This document shows positions 20,954 through 30,890 of a stretch of 55,325 nt of DNA, in pieces. Under the pieces are notes generated by a model. It was given only the letters and a program-made list of their open reading frames with translations. It did no database searches and was not told where the DNA came from. Position 1 is the first letter of the stretch. Every line of letters begins with the position of its first letter. Origin of the DNA: Fodinibius sp. (lineage in GTDB: Bacteria > Bacteroidota > Rhodothermia > Balneolales > Balneolaceae); contig JBEPXF010000003.1 of assembly GCA_041642075.1 (NCBI GenBank), positions 1 through 55,325 of the forward strand. Direction: 5' to 3'. The position numbers and the translations under genes are program-made.

Positions 20954-21820
20954 TTAGAACAAATTATACAGACTGATTGCAGTATCCTTATTAAGATGTC
21001 CGGCATTTCCAGCCATATCCACAGTCCTTTTCCCTAAGATCTTATACACTTCGAGGAGCTCAGGATTATCCTTTAAAATATCCAAATGTTTTTTAACTGT
21101 TGGTATATCCCCTCTTTTTATGGGACCGGATAATGCTGCTTCAAAAGAGGACACTTTTGCATTATCTAGGGTTGTTTGAACAAGTGGAAGTAATGCTTTC
21201 TTAATATCTTCAGCAGATAAACCACTTATTTCAGCCGAAGAAACAGATACTTGAAGCAAGGTATGTAAATAATTGGAAGCCATTACCCCGGCAATATGCA
21301 GGTGCGATTTTTGACCGGCCGTCACTTCCATCGACTGAGCTCCCAGGCTCTTGGCTATTTCCCTTAGAAGATCAAAAGCCTGCTCATCACCCTGTAGGCT
21401 GATAAAGATATTCTTAAAATTATCTGTTGAAGAAGAGGAAGTAAAGGTCTGAAGAGGATGAAAGGATGCTACCGTTCCTCCAACTTTTCGTAATGGAGAA
21501 ATCAGCTCTGCAGATTCACTTCCCGAACAATGAACAAAAGTATGCTCCATCATATTGCTGGAAAGCTTTTTTAACTTATCTGCTATTTCAGTTATAGCTC
21601 CATCCGATACCGTAATAAATATAACCTCTCCCAACTCATCGATGCCGGAAGGAAAATCCCTGGCAATACCTATATCCAACCTACGAGCTGTGGAATGCGC
21701 CTTTTCTGAAGTACGATTAAAAATACTTTTTACTTTAATTCCCTTTTCAATAAGTGCCTGACTCAGCGTTGTGCCAAGTGCCCCTAATCCTATAATCGAT
21801 ACTTCCGGTTGATCCATCAC
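20954..21820 (-). CDS. Rossmann-like + DUF2520 oxidoreductase (PanG-type ketopantoate reductase candidate)
   Basis: IIGLGALG, FVHCSGS, SFHPLQTF, HIAGVMASN, LSGPIKRGD. Confidence 0.88.
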   Translation of the reverse strand: MMDQPEVSIIGLGALGTTLSQALIEKGIKVKSIFNRTSEKAHSTARRLDIGIARDFPSGIDELGEVIFITVSDGAITEIADKLKKLSSNMMEHTFVHCSGSESAELISPLRKVGGTVASFHPLQTFTSSSSTDNFKNIFISLQGDEQAFDLLREIAKSLGAQSMEVTAGQKSHLHIAGVMASNYLHTLLQVSVSSAEISGLSAEDIKKALLPLVQTTLDNAKVSSFEAALSGPIKRGDIPTVKKHLDILKDNPELLEVYKILGKRTVDMAGNAGHLNKDTAISLYNLF

Positions 21821-21826
21821 TAGTTA

Positions 21827-22591
21827 TTAACTGAAAAGTACCCGTTGACGATCGGCAAAAGCCGTAAGCAAGCTGCCTTCATAATTTTCATAAATATTCT
21901 CAAGGAACGTTAGGTCAGCACCCCATTTATCAGCCACGATAATACCAGCAATAAAAGAGGTCGTCCCATTTATCTTCGATTCACCACTGTTCAAATAGTT
22001 CAGTAAACCGGAGTGATTGTTTTGTGATACCATTCCGGCTACCTTTTTAAATTCTTTCTTATAAATATTTTCAAGATCACAACAAAAAATCAGCAGTGCA
22101 TTTCGTGAGGCAAGCACCTCCTCCAATACATATGCCGCTTCTTTAACAATGGCCGGATTGGTATCTGCAATCTGTACACTAACGGCAGAAATATTCTCCG
22201 TTTGTGTTTGGATAAACATCAACTGTTGAAAAAGGCTAATATTCTTATCAAATGCCTCATCGTGGATGTAAAAATCATCATCCTCGTCACAAAACTCATT
22301 ACGCATATAATCATTCACCGGCACTTTTCCGAGGGGCGTCTCAAAATAATCATTTGAAGCCATTGGGAGCTTCTTGTCCAATGATTGATCATGCGATTCT
22401 ATAACTACAACCGTATCAAAAGCTGAAAAGTCTACACGACTGTATATATCACATGCCCGTTTAAAATTATCTTCATTAATTACTTGAGGGGCAAATAAAA
22501 TTCGGATGTCATCCGAAGGCTTACCATGATTTTTTCGGACGGCATTGATTCCTTCTTCTATCTGCTGTCGGGAATAGGATGTGATATTCAT
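21827..22591 (-). CDS. MEMO1/AmmeMemoRadiSam protein B-like, degenerate active site
   Basis: DTVVVIESH, YFETPLGKVPVN, SLFQQLMFIQ, LLIFCCDL follow the MEMO fold pattern. Confidence 0.7.
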   Translation of the reverse strand: MNITSYSRQQIEEGINAVRKNHGKPSDDIRILFAPQVINEDNFKRACDIYSRVDFSAFDTVVVIESHDQSLDKKLPMASNDYFETPLGKVPVNDYMRNEFCDEDDDFYIHDEAFDKNISLFQQLMFIQTQTENISAVSVQIADTNPAIVKEAAYVLEEVLASRNALLIFCCDLENIYKKEFKKVAGMVSQNNHSGLLNYLNSGESKINGTTSFIAGIIVADKWGADLTFLENIYENYEGSLLTAFADRQRVLFS

Positions 22592-22615
22592 AGTATATTT
22601 GGCTGATCAAGTTCA

Positions 22616-23248
22616 TTAGGAATAAAACGCAATGGCTAACCAGTTATTATCGAATTGAAAACTACAAACTTTAGCTTGTTTGTCATTATCTAATTTTGCT
22701 AAAAAATCATTGCCATCTCTCTGTACATAAACATCTTGCATATTTAATCGCAACCCTTTGCCACGAAGTTTAATATAGGCTTCTTTAATGGTCCATAACC
22801 GGATAGTAGAAACAGTATGTTCCCCCTCTTTTTCTTCGGGATGCATGATTCTTGTTCTTAGTCCATCGGCCACTCTCCTATCTGTGGGTTCCAGATCAAT
22901 TCCGATCGGATGTTCTTTGGCAATACCACAAAATACGCTGTCATTGGTATGTGCAATACTTACTTCAAACTGCTCTGAATGGGTTTTAGCAAAAGGATTT
23001 CCACAATCATTCTTCCAGATGAGAAATTCTTTTTCAGGCAATTCCCACTCATGAGCCAATTCTTTAAATAAGAGCCGGGAGCTCACAAACTCCCGCCGAC
23101 GACTTTCATTTTCTAACTGATTCAATTCTTTCCGTTCTTCCAGATGCAACCTATTCAGTTGTTTTGAGGAAGGTTCAGTGATGTCATCGAGAGCAAATAT
23201 GGACTCAAAAGGCAACGAAATTTGATCCCGATTAAATATATTTCCCAT
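22616..23248 (-). CDS. Sfp-type 4'-phosphopantetheinyl transferase
   Basis: RRREFVSSR, VSIAHT, IGIDLE, WTIKEAYIK. Confidence 0.88.
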   Translation of the reverse strand: MGNIFNRDQISLPFESIFALDDITEPSSKQLNRLHLEERKELNQLENESRRREFVSSRLLFKELAHEWELPEKEFLIWKNDCGNPFAKTHSEQFEVSIAHTNDSVFCGIAKEHPIGIDLEPTDRRVADGLRTRIMHPEEKEGEHTVSTIRLWTIKEAYIKLRGKGLRLNMQDVYVQRDGNDFLAKLDNDKQAKVCSFQFDNNWLAIAFYS

Positions 23249-23426
23249 TCTGGTAATGAAAGTTTATTGGCTCAATTTTTTTCCTAGAGCTTAAAATCGA
23301 TAAAATTGTGATATTATAAAACTATTCGGCCATAACAAGAAAAAACTCACAATTTTGTGGCTAATTCCCTATTTTTAGCGACTTAGCAATACCTCTTTAA
23401 ACAGAATTAAATTTCATCTTATTCTC

Positions 23427-24959
23427 ATGAGCAATACTGAGTCCTCAGTAAGTGAACAACACGAAATACGTCTTGAAAAACTAAAAGAGTTGCGGGGAAT
23501 GGGGGAAAACCCTTATCCCTATGACTTTGAGGTAACCCACAAAAGTGAATATATCCTCAACCATCCCGAATTAATAAAAAAAGATGATCAGGGTGAGGAC
23601 GATGTTGAAAAGGTTTCGGTAGCGGGACGAGTAATGACGCGTCGCATCATGGGAGGTTCAACCTTTTTTAACCTGCAGGATTCCGAAGGACAGATACAGG
23701 TTTATATCCGTAAAAATGATGTAGGCAAGGAAAAGTACAATGAAGTATTTAAAAGACTCACTGATATCGGGGATATTGTCGGGATTAAGGGTCATGTATT
23801 TAAAACCGGAACCGGAGAAACTACTGTTTATGCAAAAGAATTCCAGCTCTTAAGCAAAACCCTCCGCCCTATTCCCCTCCCCAAGGAAGTAGAAGAAGAT
23901 GGAGAAACCAAAGTATATGACGCTTTCTCGGATAAAGAACAGCGATATCGTCAGCGGTATTTGGATCTAATCGTTAATCCTGAAGTCCGTGATGTATTCC
24001 AGCAACGAACTGAAATGGTGCAGGCCATGCGGAACTTCATGAATGACAAAGGATATATGGAGGTAGAAACGCCCATTCTGCAACCCATATATGGCGGGGC
24101 CTCGGCTGAGCCGTTTGTAACTCACCACAATGCCTTGGACATGAAGCTGTACCTGCGTATTGCCAATGAGTTATATCTCAAGAGGCTGATTGTCGGAGGA
24201 TATGACGGGGTATATGAGTTTTCAAAAGATTTTCGCAACGAGGGACTTTCCAGGTTCCATAACCCTGAATTCACCCAGGTTGAATTATATGTAGCCTACA
24301 AAGATTACAACTGGATGATGAATTTTGTGGAAAGAATGATTGAAAGCGTGGCCAAAACACTGCACGGTTCTACTACCGTTTCGGTCGGCGACAATGAGAT
24401 CGATTTTTCAGCACCCTGGCCTCGCATTCCTATGTTTAAAGCTATTGAAGATGAAACTGGTAAAGATTTATACGGCAAGGGCTTAAACCATCTAAAAGAA
24501 ATTGCTAAGGAACTTCACATTGAGCTGGAGGATAGCTTTGGGAAAGGAAAAATCATTGATGAAATATTTGGAGAATATGTTGAGCCTAACCTTATTCAAC
24601 CGACTTTTATCACTGATTATCCCATTGAAATGAGCCCCCTTGCCAAGAAACATCGCGAAAAAGAGGGATTAGTTGAACGCTTTGAATGCATCTGCAATGG
24701 TAAAGAAATAGCCAATGCTTTTTCTGAACTTAATGATCCGGTTGATCAGCGTGAGCGGTTCGAAGAGCAGGCTCGCCTGCGTGCCGAAGGCGATGAAGAA
24801 GCAATGGCCATTGATGAGGATTTTCTGAAAGCGCTGGAATACGGTATGCCTCCCACCGCGGGACTCGGTATCGGTATCGACCGATTGGCTATGATTATGA
24901 CCGATTCCGATTCTATACGTGACGTACTCTTCTTTCCGCAGATGAAGCCGGAAAAGTAA
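23427..24959 (+). CDS. lysS: Lysine--tRNA ligase (class II)
   Basis: [58 protein letters not shown]. Confidence 0.98.
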   Translation: MSNTESSVSEQHEIRLEKLKELRGMGENPYPYDFEVTHKSEYILNHPELIKKDDQGEDDVEKVSVAGRVMTRRIMGGSTFFNLQDSEGQIQVYIRKNDVGKEKYNEVFKRLTDIGDIVGIKGHVFKTGTGETTVYAKEFQLLSKTLRPIPLPKEVEEDGETKVYDAFSDKEQRYRQRYLDLIVNPEVRDVFQQRTEMVQAMRNFMNDKGYMEVETPILQPIYGGASAEPFVTHHNALDMKLYLRIANELYLKRLIVGGYDGVYEFSKDFRNEGLSRFHNPEFTQVELYVAYKDYNWMMNFVERMIESVAKTLHGSTTVSVGDNEIDFSAPWPRIPMFKAIEDETGKDLYGKGLNHLKEIAKELHIELEDSFGKGKIIDEIFGEYVEPNLIQPTFITDYPIEMSPLAKKHREKEGLVERFECICNGKEIANAFSELNDPVDQRERFEEQARLRAEGDEEAMAIDEDFLKALEYGMPPTAGLGIGIDRLAMIMTDSDSIRDVLFFPQMKPEK

Positions 24960-24970
24960 TAACAACCATC

Positions 24971-26200
24971 ATGAACTTCGAGTGGTACCTGGCCAAACGA
25001 TACTTCCAAGGCAAACGTAAAGACTCCAGCTTTTTATCGTTTATCAAAGCTATGGCCATTACGGGCGTAGCCGTAGGATCGGCCGGGCTGCTCATTGCTC
25101 TTTCCATTGTACACGGTTTTAAGTCATCTATCGACAGCAAAGTTTTGGGTTTTGCTCCTCATTTTACTGTTACTACCTTCAGCAGTGACGAGCCAATATT
25201 ACGTGCGGACACTCTTCTCACCACACTGCAGGATTATCCTGAAATAGCGCAGGCACAAGCCGTAATTCACGGCCAAACCATGATTCAGTCGTCTGATGGA
25301 GTTACAGGCATTTTAATGAAGGGGGTCAACCAAGAAGGCGATGTCACTGACATCAGAGAGTATATCCATCAAGGAAAATATAACCTGGACGAAGATAGTA
25401 CCGGTTTACCGGGCATGGTCATAGGCTCAAAGCTGGCTAAGACCTTAAATGCAGGCATAGGTACTAAACTTACCGCTTATACCGTAGAAGGACTTCCTTC
25501 GCCGCTGAGTTCGCCAGAAATCAAGCAGTTTAGATTGAGCGGTATTTATCAGACAGGCATCGGACAGTTTGATGAAACTTTTGCATTGGTTGCTCGTTCC
25601 CATACCCAGGAGCTTTTCGGTACTCCTCAAAACGAGGCCTCACAGATAGAAATCCGCCTCAAAGATTACACACAGATATCTGAGTTTAAGCAACAAATAA
25701 GTACCGATCTGGACTTTCCATACTTTGCTGAAAGCATATATGAAAAGCACAGCAGTATTTTTGCCTGGATCGATTTACAGGAGCAAACCATCCCCTTTGT
25801 TATTGGGGTCATGATTATTGTTGCGGCGTTTAACCTTATCGGCACGGTTCTAATGATGGTGCTGGAACGAACAAAAGACATAGGCATCCTTAAGACGATG
25901 GGAGCCAACGACAAAAGTATTCGCTATATCTTTTTACTGGAAGGCCTTTTTGTAGCTATATCCGGACTGCTTATCGGTATTGCTTTATCCCTTTTATTTG
26001 CCTGGCTCCAATCAACCTATCAACTTATCCCTCTTTCAGAGGAAAACTATTACATGGCCTATGCACCGGTAGAACCACATGGACTTGATTTTGTAGTTGT
26101 TGCGGGTGTTACCCTATTACTTTGTGCGCTTTCTTCATATCTCCCAGCACGCATAGCTGCCAAAACAGATCCACTGAAGGTTATTGCCTACGGCAGGTAA
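24971..26200 (+). CDS. Lipoprotein-releasing ABC transporter permease (LolC/E family)
   Basis: YLAKRY, GVAVG, IVAAFN, ERTKDIGILKTMGA, SYLPARIAAKTDP. Confidence 0.9.
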   Translation: MNFEWYLAKRYFQGKRKDSSFLSFIKAMAITGVAVGSAGLLIALSIVHGFKSSIDSKVLGFAPHFTVTTFSSDEPILRADTLLTTLQDYPEIAQAQAVIHGQTMIQSSDGVTGILMKGVNQEGDVTDIREYIHQGKYNLDEDSTGLPGMVIGSKLAKTLNAGIGTKLTAYTVEGLPSPLSSPEIKQFRLSGIYQTGIGQFDETFALVARSHTQELFGTPQNEASQIEIRLKDYTQISEFKQQISTDLDFPYFAESIYEKHSSIFAWIDLQEQTIPFVIGVMIIVAAFNLIGTVLMMVLERTKDIGILKTMGANDKSIRYIFLLEGLFVAISGLLIGIALSLLFAWLQSTYQLIPLSEENYYMAYAPVEPHGLDFVVVAGVTLLLCALSSYLPARIAAKTDPLKVIAYGR

Positions 26201-26204
26201 TTTG

Positions 26205-26273
26205 GTTAATAGTTATTGGTTAACTGTTAATTAGTGTCCTTAATTATCACAAATACTCTATTCAGCCAATAAC
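26205..26273. repeat. GTT-N4 heptamer tandem repeat with a distal inverted copy, between convergent genes
   Basis: GTTAATA GTTATTG GTTAACT GTTAATT (26205-26232); GTTATTGGTTAA pairs with TCAGCCAATAAC (26262-26273). Confidence 0.5.
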
Positions 26274-26280
26274 AAATATA

Positions 26281-27270
26281 CTAATACCGTCCGCGGATAT
26301 TGGGACGAATTTTATCTTCATATAAACGGCGAAGCTTTTTATGTACCTGGTCGGACAGAGGCTCAAGAGAAGAAGCTCCCGTATTGCTTTTTACATGCTT
26401 TTCTTTGGTTGCACCAGGAATAACCGTTGTTACCTCCGGATGATCTAAAATCCATCGCAAAGCAAGCTGAGGCATCTCGCCATCGGGCATTATATCTTCA
26501 ATTTCTCGTGCATATTGAACAGCTTTTTCGAATTTAATACCTGCAAAAGTTTCTCCTACATTAAATGACTCGCCATCGGCATTAAAATTCCGATGATCCC
26601 CTTCAGGGAATGTGGTACTTTCATCAAATTTTCCTGTGAGCACTCCACTTGCCAAAGGTACCCGTACAATAAGGTCTACATCTTTTTTGGAGGCTTCCTG
26701 AAAAAACTCCTCGACCAGATGCTGGCGAAAGAGATTAAAAATAATTTGCAGTGAAGCCAACCCTTCTTGCTCGAGACAGATCTTTGCTTCTTCTGTTGTT
26801 TCCACGCTTGCTCCCCAGTGTTTGATAAGTCCTTCGTCTTGCAATCGACGGAAGTGATCAAAAACTTCTCCCTTTTGAAGCTGTTCTTTTGGAATGCAGT
26901 GGAGCTGGACCAGAAAAAGCTGAGAAACTCCCATATTTTTAAGAGAACTTTTCACGTGATCGCGCATTACTTCATACGTAAAATTCTGTGGCCAGCCGTA
27001 GTCATTATCCTCACGCCTTCCCAGCTTGGTTGCTACATAAATTTCTCGATCACTATCTAACTGGTTTAAAAAATTACCGATCGTCCGCTCACTTACTCCC
27101 ATTCCATAAATATCGGCCGTATCAATAAAGTTGCCTCCTTCATCAATATAAGCTTGTAAAATAGAGAAAGCTTCTTCTTCACTTACATCCCCCCATTCAG
27201 AGCTTCCCAGCTGCCAGGTCCCAAGTCCTACTTCAGCAATTGAGGCTTCCTTAAAAGATCGGTAATTCAT
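26281..27270 (-). CDS. Aldo/keto reductase
   Basis: VGLGTWQ, FIDTADIYG, VATKLG, QLHC, WGASVE, VIPGAT. Confidence 0.93.
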   Translation of the reverse strand: MNYRSFKEASIAEVGLGTWQLGSSEWGDVSEEEAFSILQAYIDEGGNFIDTADIYGMGVSERTIGNFLNQLDSDREIYVATKLGRREDNDYGWPQNFTYEVMRDHVKSSLKNMGVSQLFLVQLHCIPKEQLQKGEVFDHFRRLQDEGLIKHWGASVETTEEAKICLEQEGLASLQIIFNLFRQHLVEEFFQEASKKDVDLIVRVPLASGVLTGKFDESTTFPEGDHRNFNADGESFNVGETFAGIKFEKAVQYAREIEDIMPDGEMPQLALRWILDHPEVTTVIPGATKEKHVKSNTGASSLEPLSDQVHKKLRRLYEDKIRPNIRGRY

Positions 27271-27374
27271 AAAATAATAGTTGGTAATTGTAATTAGTGA
27301 GGCTAAATATAATTAAAATCGCCTGATTATCCATTGGATTAATGTGGGAAGGAAAATCTCATTTTAAGAGCTCT

Positions 27375-28505
27375 TTAAAGAGCCGGAGATATTTCTATCT
27401 GACTGCATTCATCAAACCTAGCATCAAATTCTTCGATCCTTTCGGGCCAGTTCAGATGCTTATTAATATTTTGCAAGGAAGCCTTTGGCAAGGGATCAGT
27501 TTCACCGTTCAATAAATCCTTTAAATAATGGAAGAGGTCATCTTCGGTATTATAGAGTACCGGTGCATGCAGCAAAGGCTTATGGAGGCTTTCAGGGATC
27601 AACTCCGGATAATGAAGCCTGTTGGGCAGAAGAGGATGGCATCCACAGTATATGGCCTCCATAATAGCAACACAGAAAAACTCATAAGTAGCCGTGGATA
27701 CTACAATATCTCCGCTATGGAGCAGCTTACTGTAATTTTCCCGATTTTCCACATATCCAAAGTGAGTTATATGCTGCCCGTATCGCTGCCATGCCTTCTC
27801 GAACTCTTCAGGCTTTTCATGTTGGGTATCTCCGGCCAGGATGAGGTCAAAAGCCAGATCGATATCATTAAGACGATTAAGCACCCGGAAAAACATTGCG
27901 GGATTGCGATCAAACTGCCAGCGCTGATTCCATACAATAACCGGATTATCGTTTGATTCCCGTTGATCGGGCTGGGTGTTAAACCGATGGAGATCAAGTC
28001 CCGGATATAACACCATGCTTTTCTCTGCTATCTTATCCACCGGATAATAGTATTTGTCATCGGGATAATGCTCTAAAAATTCGGGCAAAGCTTTTAGGAA
28101 ATCATCACGGTGAAAGTTTGATGAAAAAATCAGCTTATCAGCTGAGAGCATACTGATATAATTAAGATAGCAGTAGGTCAGGTCTCTCTCTTCATCCTCA
28201 GGTATTGGTTGAGTAAACTGGTTTTCATGCATATACATGATCTTTGGCACCTGAGCGAACCGCGGATTCGTCAATGATAAAAAAGCAGGCAAGTTCGTCA
28301 TACTGCTTACAAGCAACAGGTCAATATCTTCAGAGATTTCCTGGGTCATGCCGGCCAGCTTAACCGAGTTCCCGTGCATCTGCCATTTTTGTCCCTTGTA
28401 GCTTAAATTTACAGGAATAATATTATGGCGGGAATGACTCTTTAATCCCTTTAAGAAGGCTTTATGCGAACCGCTGTAAAAAGGTTCTACTGCTAAAATA
28501 TTCAT
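27375..28505 (-). CDS. DUF3524 + GT-B glycosyltransferase, homolog of eukaryotic GTDC1/QTMAN (tRNA-queuosine mannosyltransferase)
   Basis: MNILAVEPFYSGSH, YMHENQ, ERDLTYCYLN, WNQRWQFDRNP, DIVVSTATYEFFCVAIMEA, PNRLHYPE. Confidence 0.85.
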   Translation of the reverse strand: MNILAVEPFYSGSHKAFLKGLKSHSRHNIIPVNLSYKGQKWQMHGNSVKLAGMTQEISEDIDLLLVSSMTNLPAFLSLTNPRFAQVPKIMYMHENQFTQPIPEDEERDLTYCYLNYISMLSADKLIFSSNFHRDDFLKALPEFLEHYPDDKYYYPVDKIAEKSMVLYPGLDLHRFNTQPDQRESNDNPVIVWNQRWQFDRNPAMFFRVLNRLNDIDLAFDLILAGDTQHEKPEEFEKAWQRYGQHITHFGYVENRENYSKLLHSGDIVVSTATYEFFCVAIMEAIYCGCHPLLPNRLHYPELIPESLHKPLLHAPVLYNTEDDLFHYLKDLLNGETDPLPKASLQNINKHLNWPERIEEFDARFDECSQIEISPAL

Positions 28506-28585
28506 TCAGAATGATTTTATCATCGAAGTTTGATACAGATATTGAAAATAGAAAACCATAAACTAATAGGATTGAACCAAAAATA

Positions 28586-30430
28586 TTATCGGAAACGTGC
28601 TTCGATATCTTCCAGCGGAATATATTCGAGGGTTGGCTTATTCAACGGATCACTATACGGCTCATCACAGGCGAAAAGCTGGTCAAGTAGATTCTCCATC
28701 TCCATGTCAGAAAGTTTTTTTCCTTTGGGAATTGCTGTTTTTGCGGCAAATGCTATCGCCAAACTTTCACGGGCATCAAACTCAAACTGCCCGTTAATTT
28801 CCTGGTATTGCTCTAACATCGATTTTAAGACTGATTGCTCATCCCCAACATCAATATCAGCGGGGACCCCACTTATCATAGCAGTATTTCCACTGAGCAA
28901 CTGAACGTTAAAACCCATCCGTTGTAAAATAGGATGCACTTCTTCCAATAGAGAGAATTCAGAAGCAGAAAACTCCACGGTCTGTGCGAAAAGAAGCTGC
29001 TGAGTACTTGGAATCGCTTCTTCTGTTGCACTGAGGGCTTTCTCATAGACTATGCGTTTATGGGCGGCATGCTGATCAATCAGACATAGTCCTGAACGGG
29101 TCTGAGTAAGAATGTAGCGATTATGCAGCTGCCAGAAGCCCCGGTCACCCATCTGTTCCGGCTCTTGTCCTGTAAAGTCTTTCTGTCCCTTGTCACCTTC
29201 TTTCTGTTGTTCAAAGCTATACAATTGACGGGATGTATCCTGATCTCCTTTAGAGGGTTTAGACCTATCAAAATTTATGCGAGACGGAAACTTAACCGGC
29301 TTATTTTTATCGCTTCTTCCCGACTGGCTTCCTCCGAAACTAAAATCAGTGGAGAAATTACCGCTGCGACTTCGATGCGATTGGCGCGACTTAGGACGAG
29401 AGACATCCGGCACCAGAAACTGTTCATTCAGCGTTTTCTTAACCACCGATTTAGTCAGCTTTATTACACTTTGCTCATCTTCAAACTTAACTTCTTCCTT
29501 GGCGGGGTGGACATTGACATCTACCTGCGCCGGATCTATACTCAGAAAAATAGCGTAAAAAGGATAATCTTTATCACCAGTCCAGGTATCATAAATACTC
29601 AATATAACGTGTGTCAGCCATCGGTGCTGGATCGGTCGACCATTTACGAACAAGAATTGCTCTCCCCTGCTTCTTTTAGTCAGTTTAGGATCGGCCAGAA
29701 TACCCCGAACCGTAAGGTAGCTGGTTTCCTCTTTAAACTCTATAAGGCTGGCGCGATAGCTTTTGCCAAACATATCGGAAATGCGTTCTTTCAACGGTTG
29801 ATCCTTAGGCAGATCATAGATTATATCCGTATCAGCCACAAGCTCAAATCCTAAATCAGGGTTTGCCAATGCCGCTTGTTGAACCGTTTTTAGGATATGC
29901 CGAAACTCCGTTGCATCCGTTTTTAAAAACTGACGCCGGGCTCGCACATTATAAAAAAGATTTCGAACCGCTACCGAGGTTCCATCTTCAACAGCAGCAG
30001 GCTCAAATGACTTCTCTTCGCCCCCCCAAATTTCATACTTATATCCAATATCATCACCGGGGCGCTTGGTTTTAAGTGTTACTTGGGAAACCGATGAGAT
30101 TGAGGCCATTGCCTCCCCGCGAAAGCCAAGGGTACGCACCCGGAAAAGATCATCCACATCTTGAATCTTAGAGGTGGCATGTTGTTCAAAACAGAGTCGT
30201 ATATCCTCTTCTCCCATACCACAGCCGTTATCAATCACCTGTATAAGCGTTCTGCCGGCATTTTGGATAACGATTTTCAACTCGTCAGCTCCCGCGTCAA
30301 TAGCATTATCCAGTAACTCTTTGACCACTGAGCTGGGTCGCTGTATCACTTCGCCAGCAGCAATTTTGTTGGAGATCTCGGGAGGAAGATGATGAATAAT
30401 GGAATGTTGAGAATCCGTTTCCTGAGTCAA
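28586..30430 (-). CDS. mutL: DNA mismatch repair endonuclease MutL
   Basis: IAAGEVIQRP, DNGCGM, TLGFRGEA, DVNVHPAK, endonuclease motif DQHAAHKRIVYE. Confidence 0.97.
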   Translation of the reverse strand: MTQETDSQHSIIHHLPPEISNKIAAGEVIQRPSSVVKELLDNAIDAGADELKIVIQNAGRTLIQVIDNGCGMGEEDIRLCFEQHATSKIQDVDDLFRVRTLGFRGEAMASISSVSQVTLKTKRPGDDIGYKYEIWGGEEKSFEPAAVEDGTSVAVRNLFYNVRARRQFLKTDATEFRHILKTVQQAALANPDLGFELVADTDIIYDLPKDQPLKERISDMFGKSYRASLIEFKEETSYLTVRGILADPKLTKRSRGEQFLFVNGRPIQHRWLTHVILSIYDTWTGDKDYPFYAIFLSIDPAQVDVNVHPAKEEVKFEDEQSVIKLTKSVVKKTLNEQFLVPDVSRPKSRQSHRSRSGNFSTDFSFGGSQSGRSDKNKPVKFPSRINFDRSKPSKGDQDTSRQLYSFEQQKEGDKGQKDFTGQEPEQMGDRGFWQLHNRYILTQTRSGLCLIDQHAAHKRIVYEKALSATEEAIPSTQQLLFAQTVEFSASEFSLLEEVHPILQRMGFNVQLLSGNTAMISGVPADIDVGDEQSVLKSMLEQYQEINGQFEFDARESLAIAFAAKTAIPKGKKLSDMEMENLLDQLFACDEPYSDPLNKPTLEYIPLEDIEARFR

Positions 30431-30519
30431 TGTGCGGACTAATTTTTCGAGTTTACTATTGTACTTCTAACGATAGACTGCCTAAGATCCAAAGATATGA
30501 TTTCTATAAATCTAAAAAT

Positions 30520-30720
30520 TTAAAGCAAGTACATGATATAAATTACCAGCGATAACCCTAGTGCATACATTAACACAGAGCGCCCCTGATGATATTTTTT
30601 ATGAGAACGTTGAATTTTAATACGTTCTCTTCTGCTCTTTTCCTTTTCCGGATCGTGATGTCGAAAAGGATATTTAAATTTTTTGGGCCTTGGTCGATGC
30701 CCGAACATTGGCTTAATCAT
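30520..30720 (-). CDS. Small basic single-TM hypothetical protein
   Basis: 66 aa, basic N-terminus with KKFKYPFRHHDP, C-terminal hydrophobic helix; fills the mutL-icd gap. Confidence 0.7.
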   Translation of the reverse strand: MIKPMFGHRPRPKKFKYPFRHHDPEKEKSRRERIKIQRSHKKYHQGRSVLMYALGLSLVIYIMYLL

Positions 30721-30890
30721 GGCTGCTTCCTCTTATTAGGGTAGAAGTTTCCATTAATATGGACATAATATAACCAGAAAATTGGATAAAATGCAGTCTT
30801 CATACTTCTTCTTTTTCAACCTGTGCACCTGCCTGTTTTTTTTGCTATACTTAAAGGCAAATTAAATTCAAAATCTATTGCAGAAATTCC

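Noticed and set aside
29123-29854. Long antisense ORFs (243 aa in mutL; also 176 aa in the transposase, 175 aa in uvrC, 230/168 aa in rmuC, 162 aa in the collagen gene)
   Set aside because: Shadow frames of real genes with no recognisable motifs
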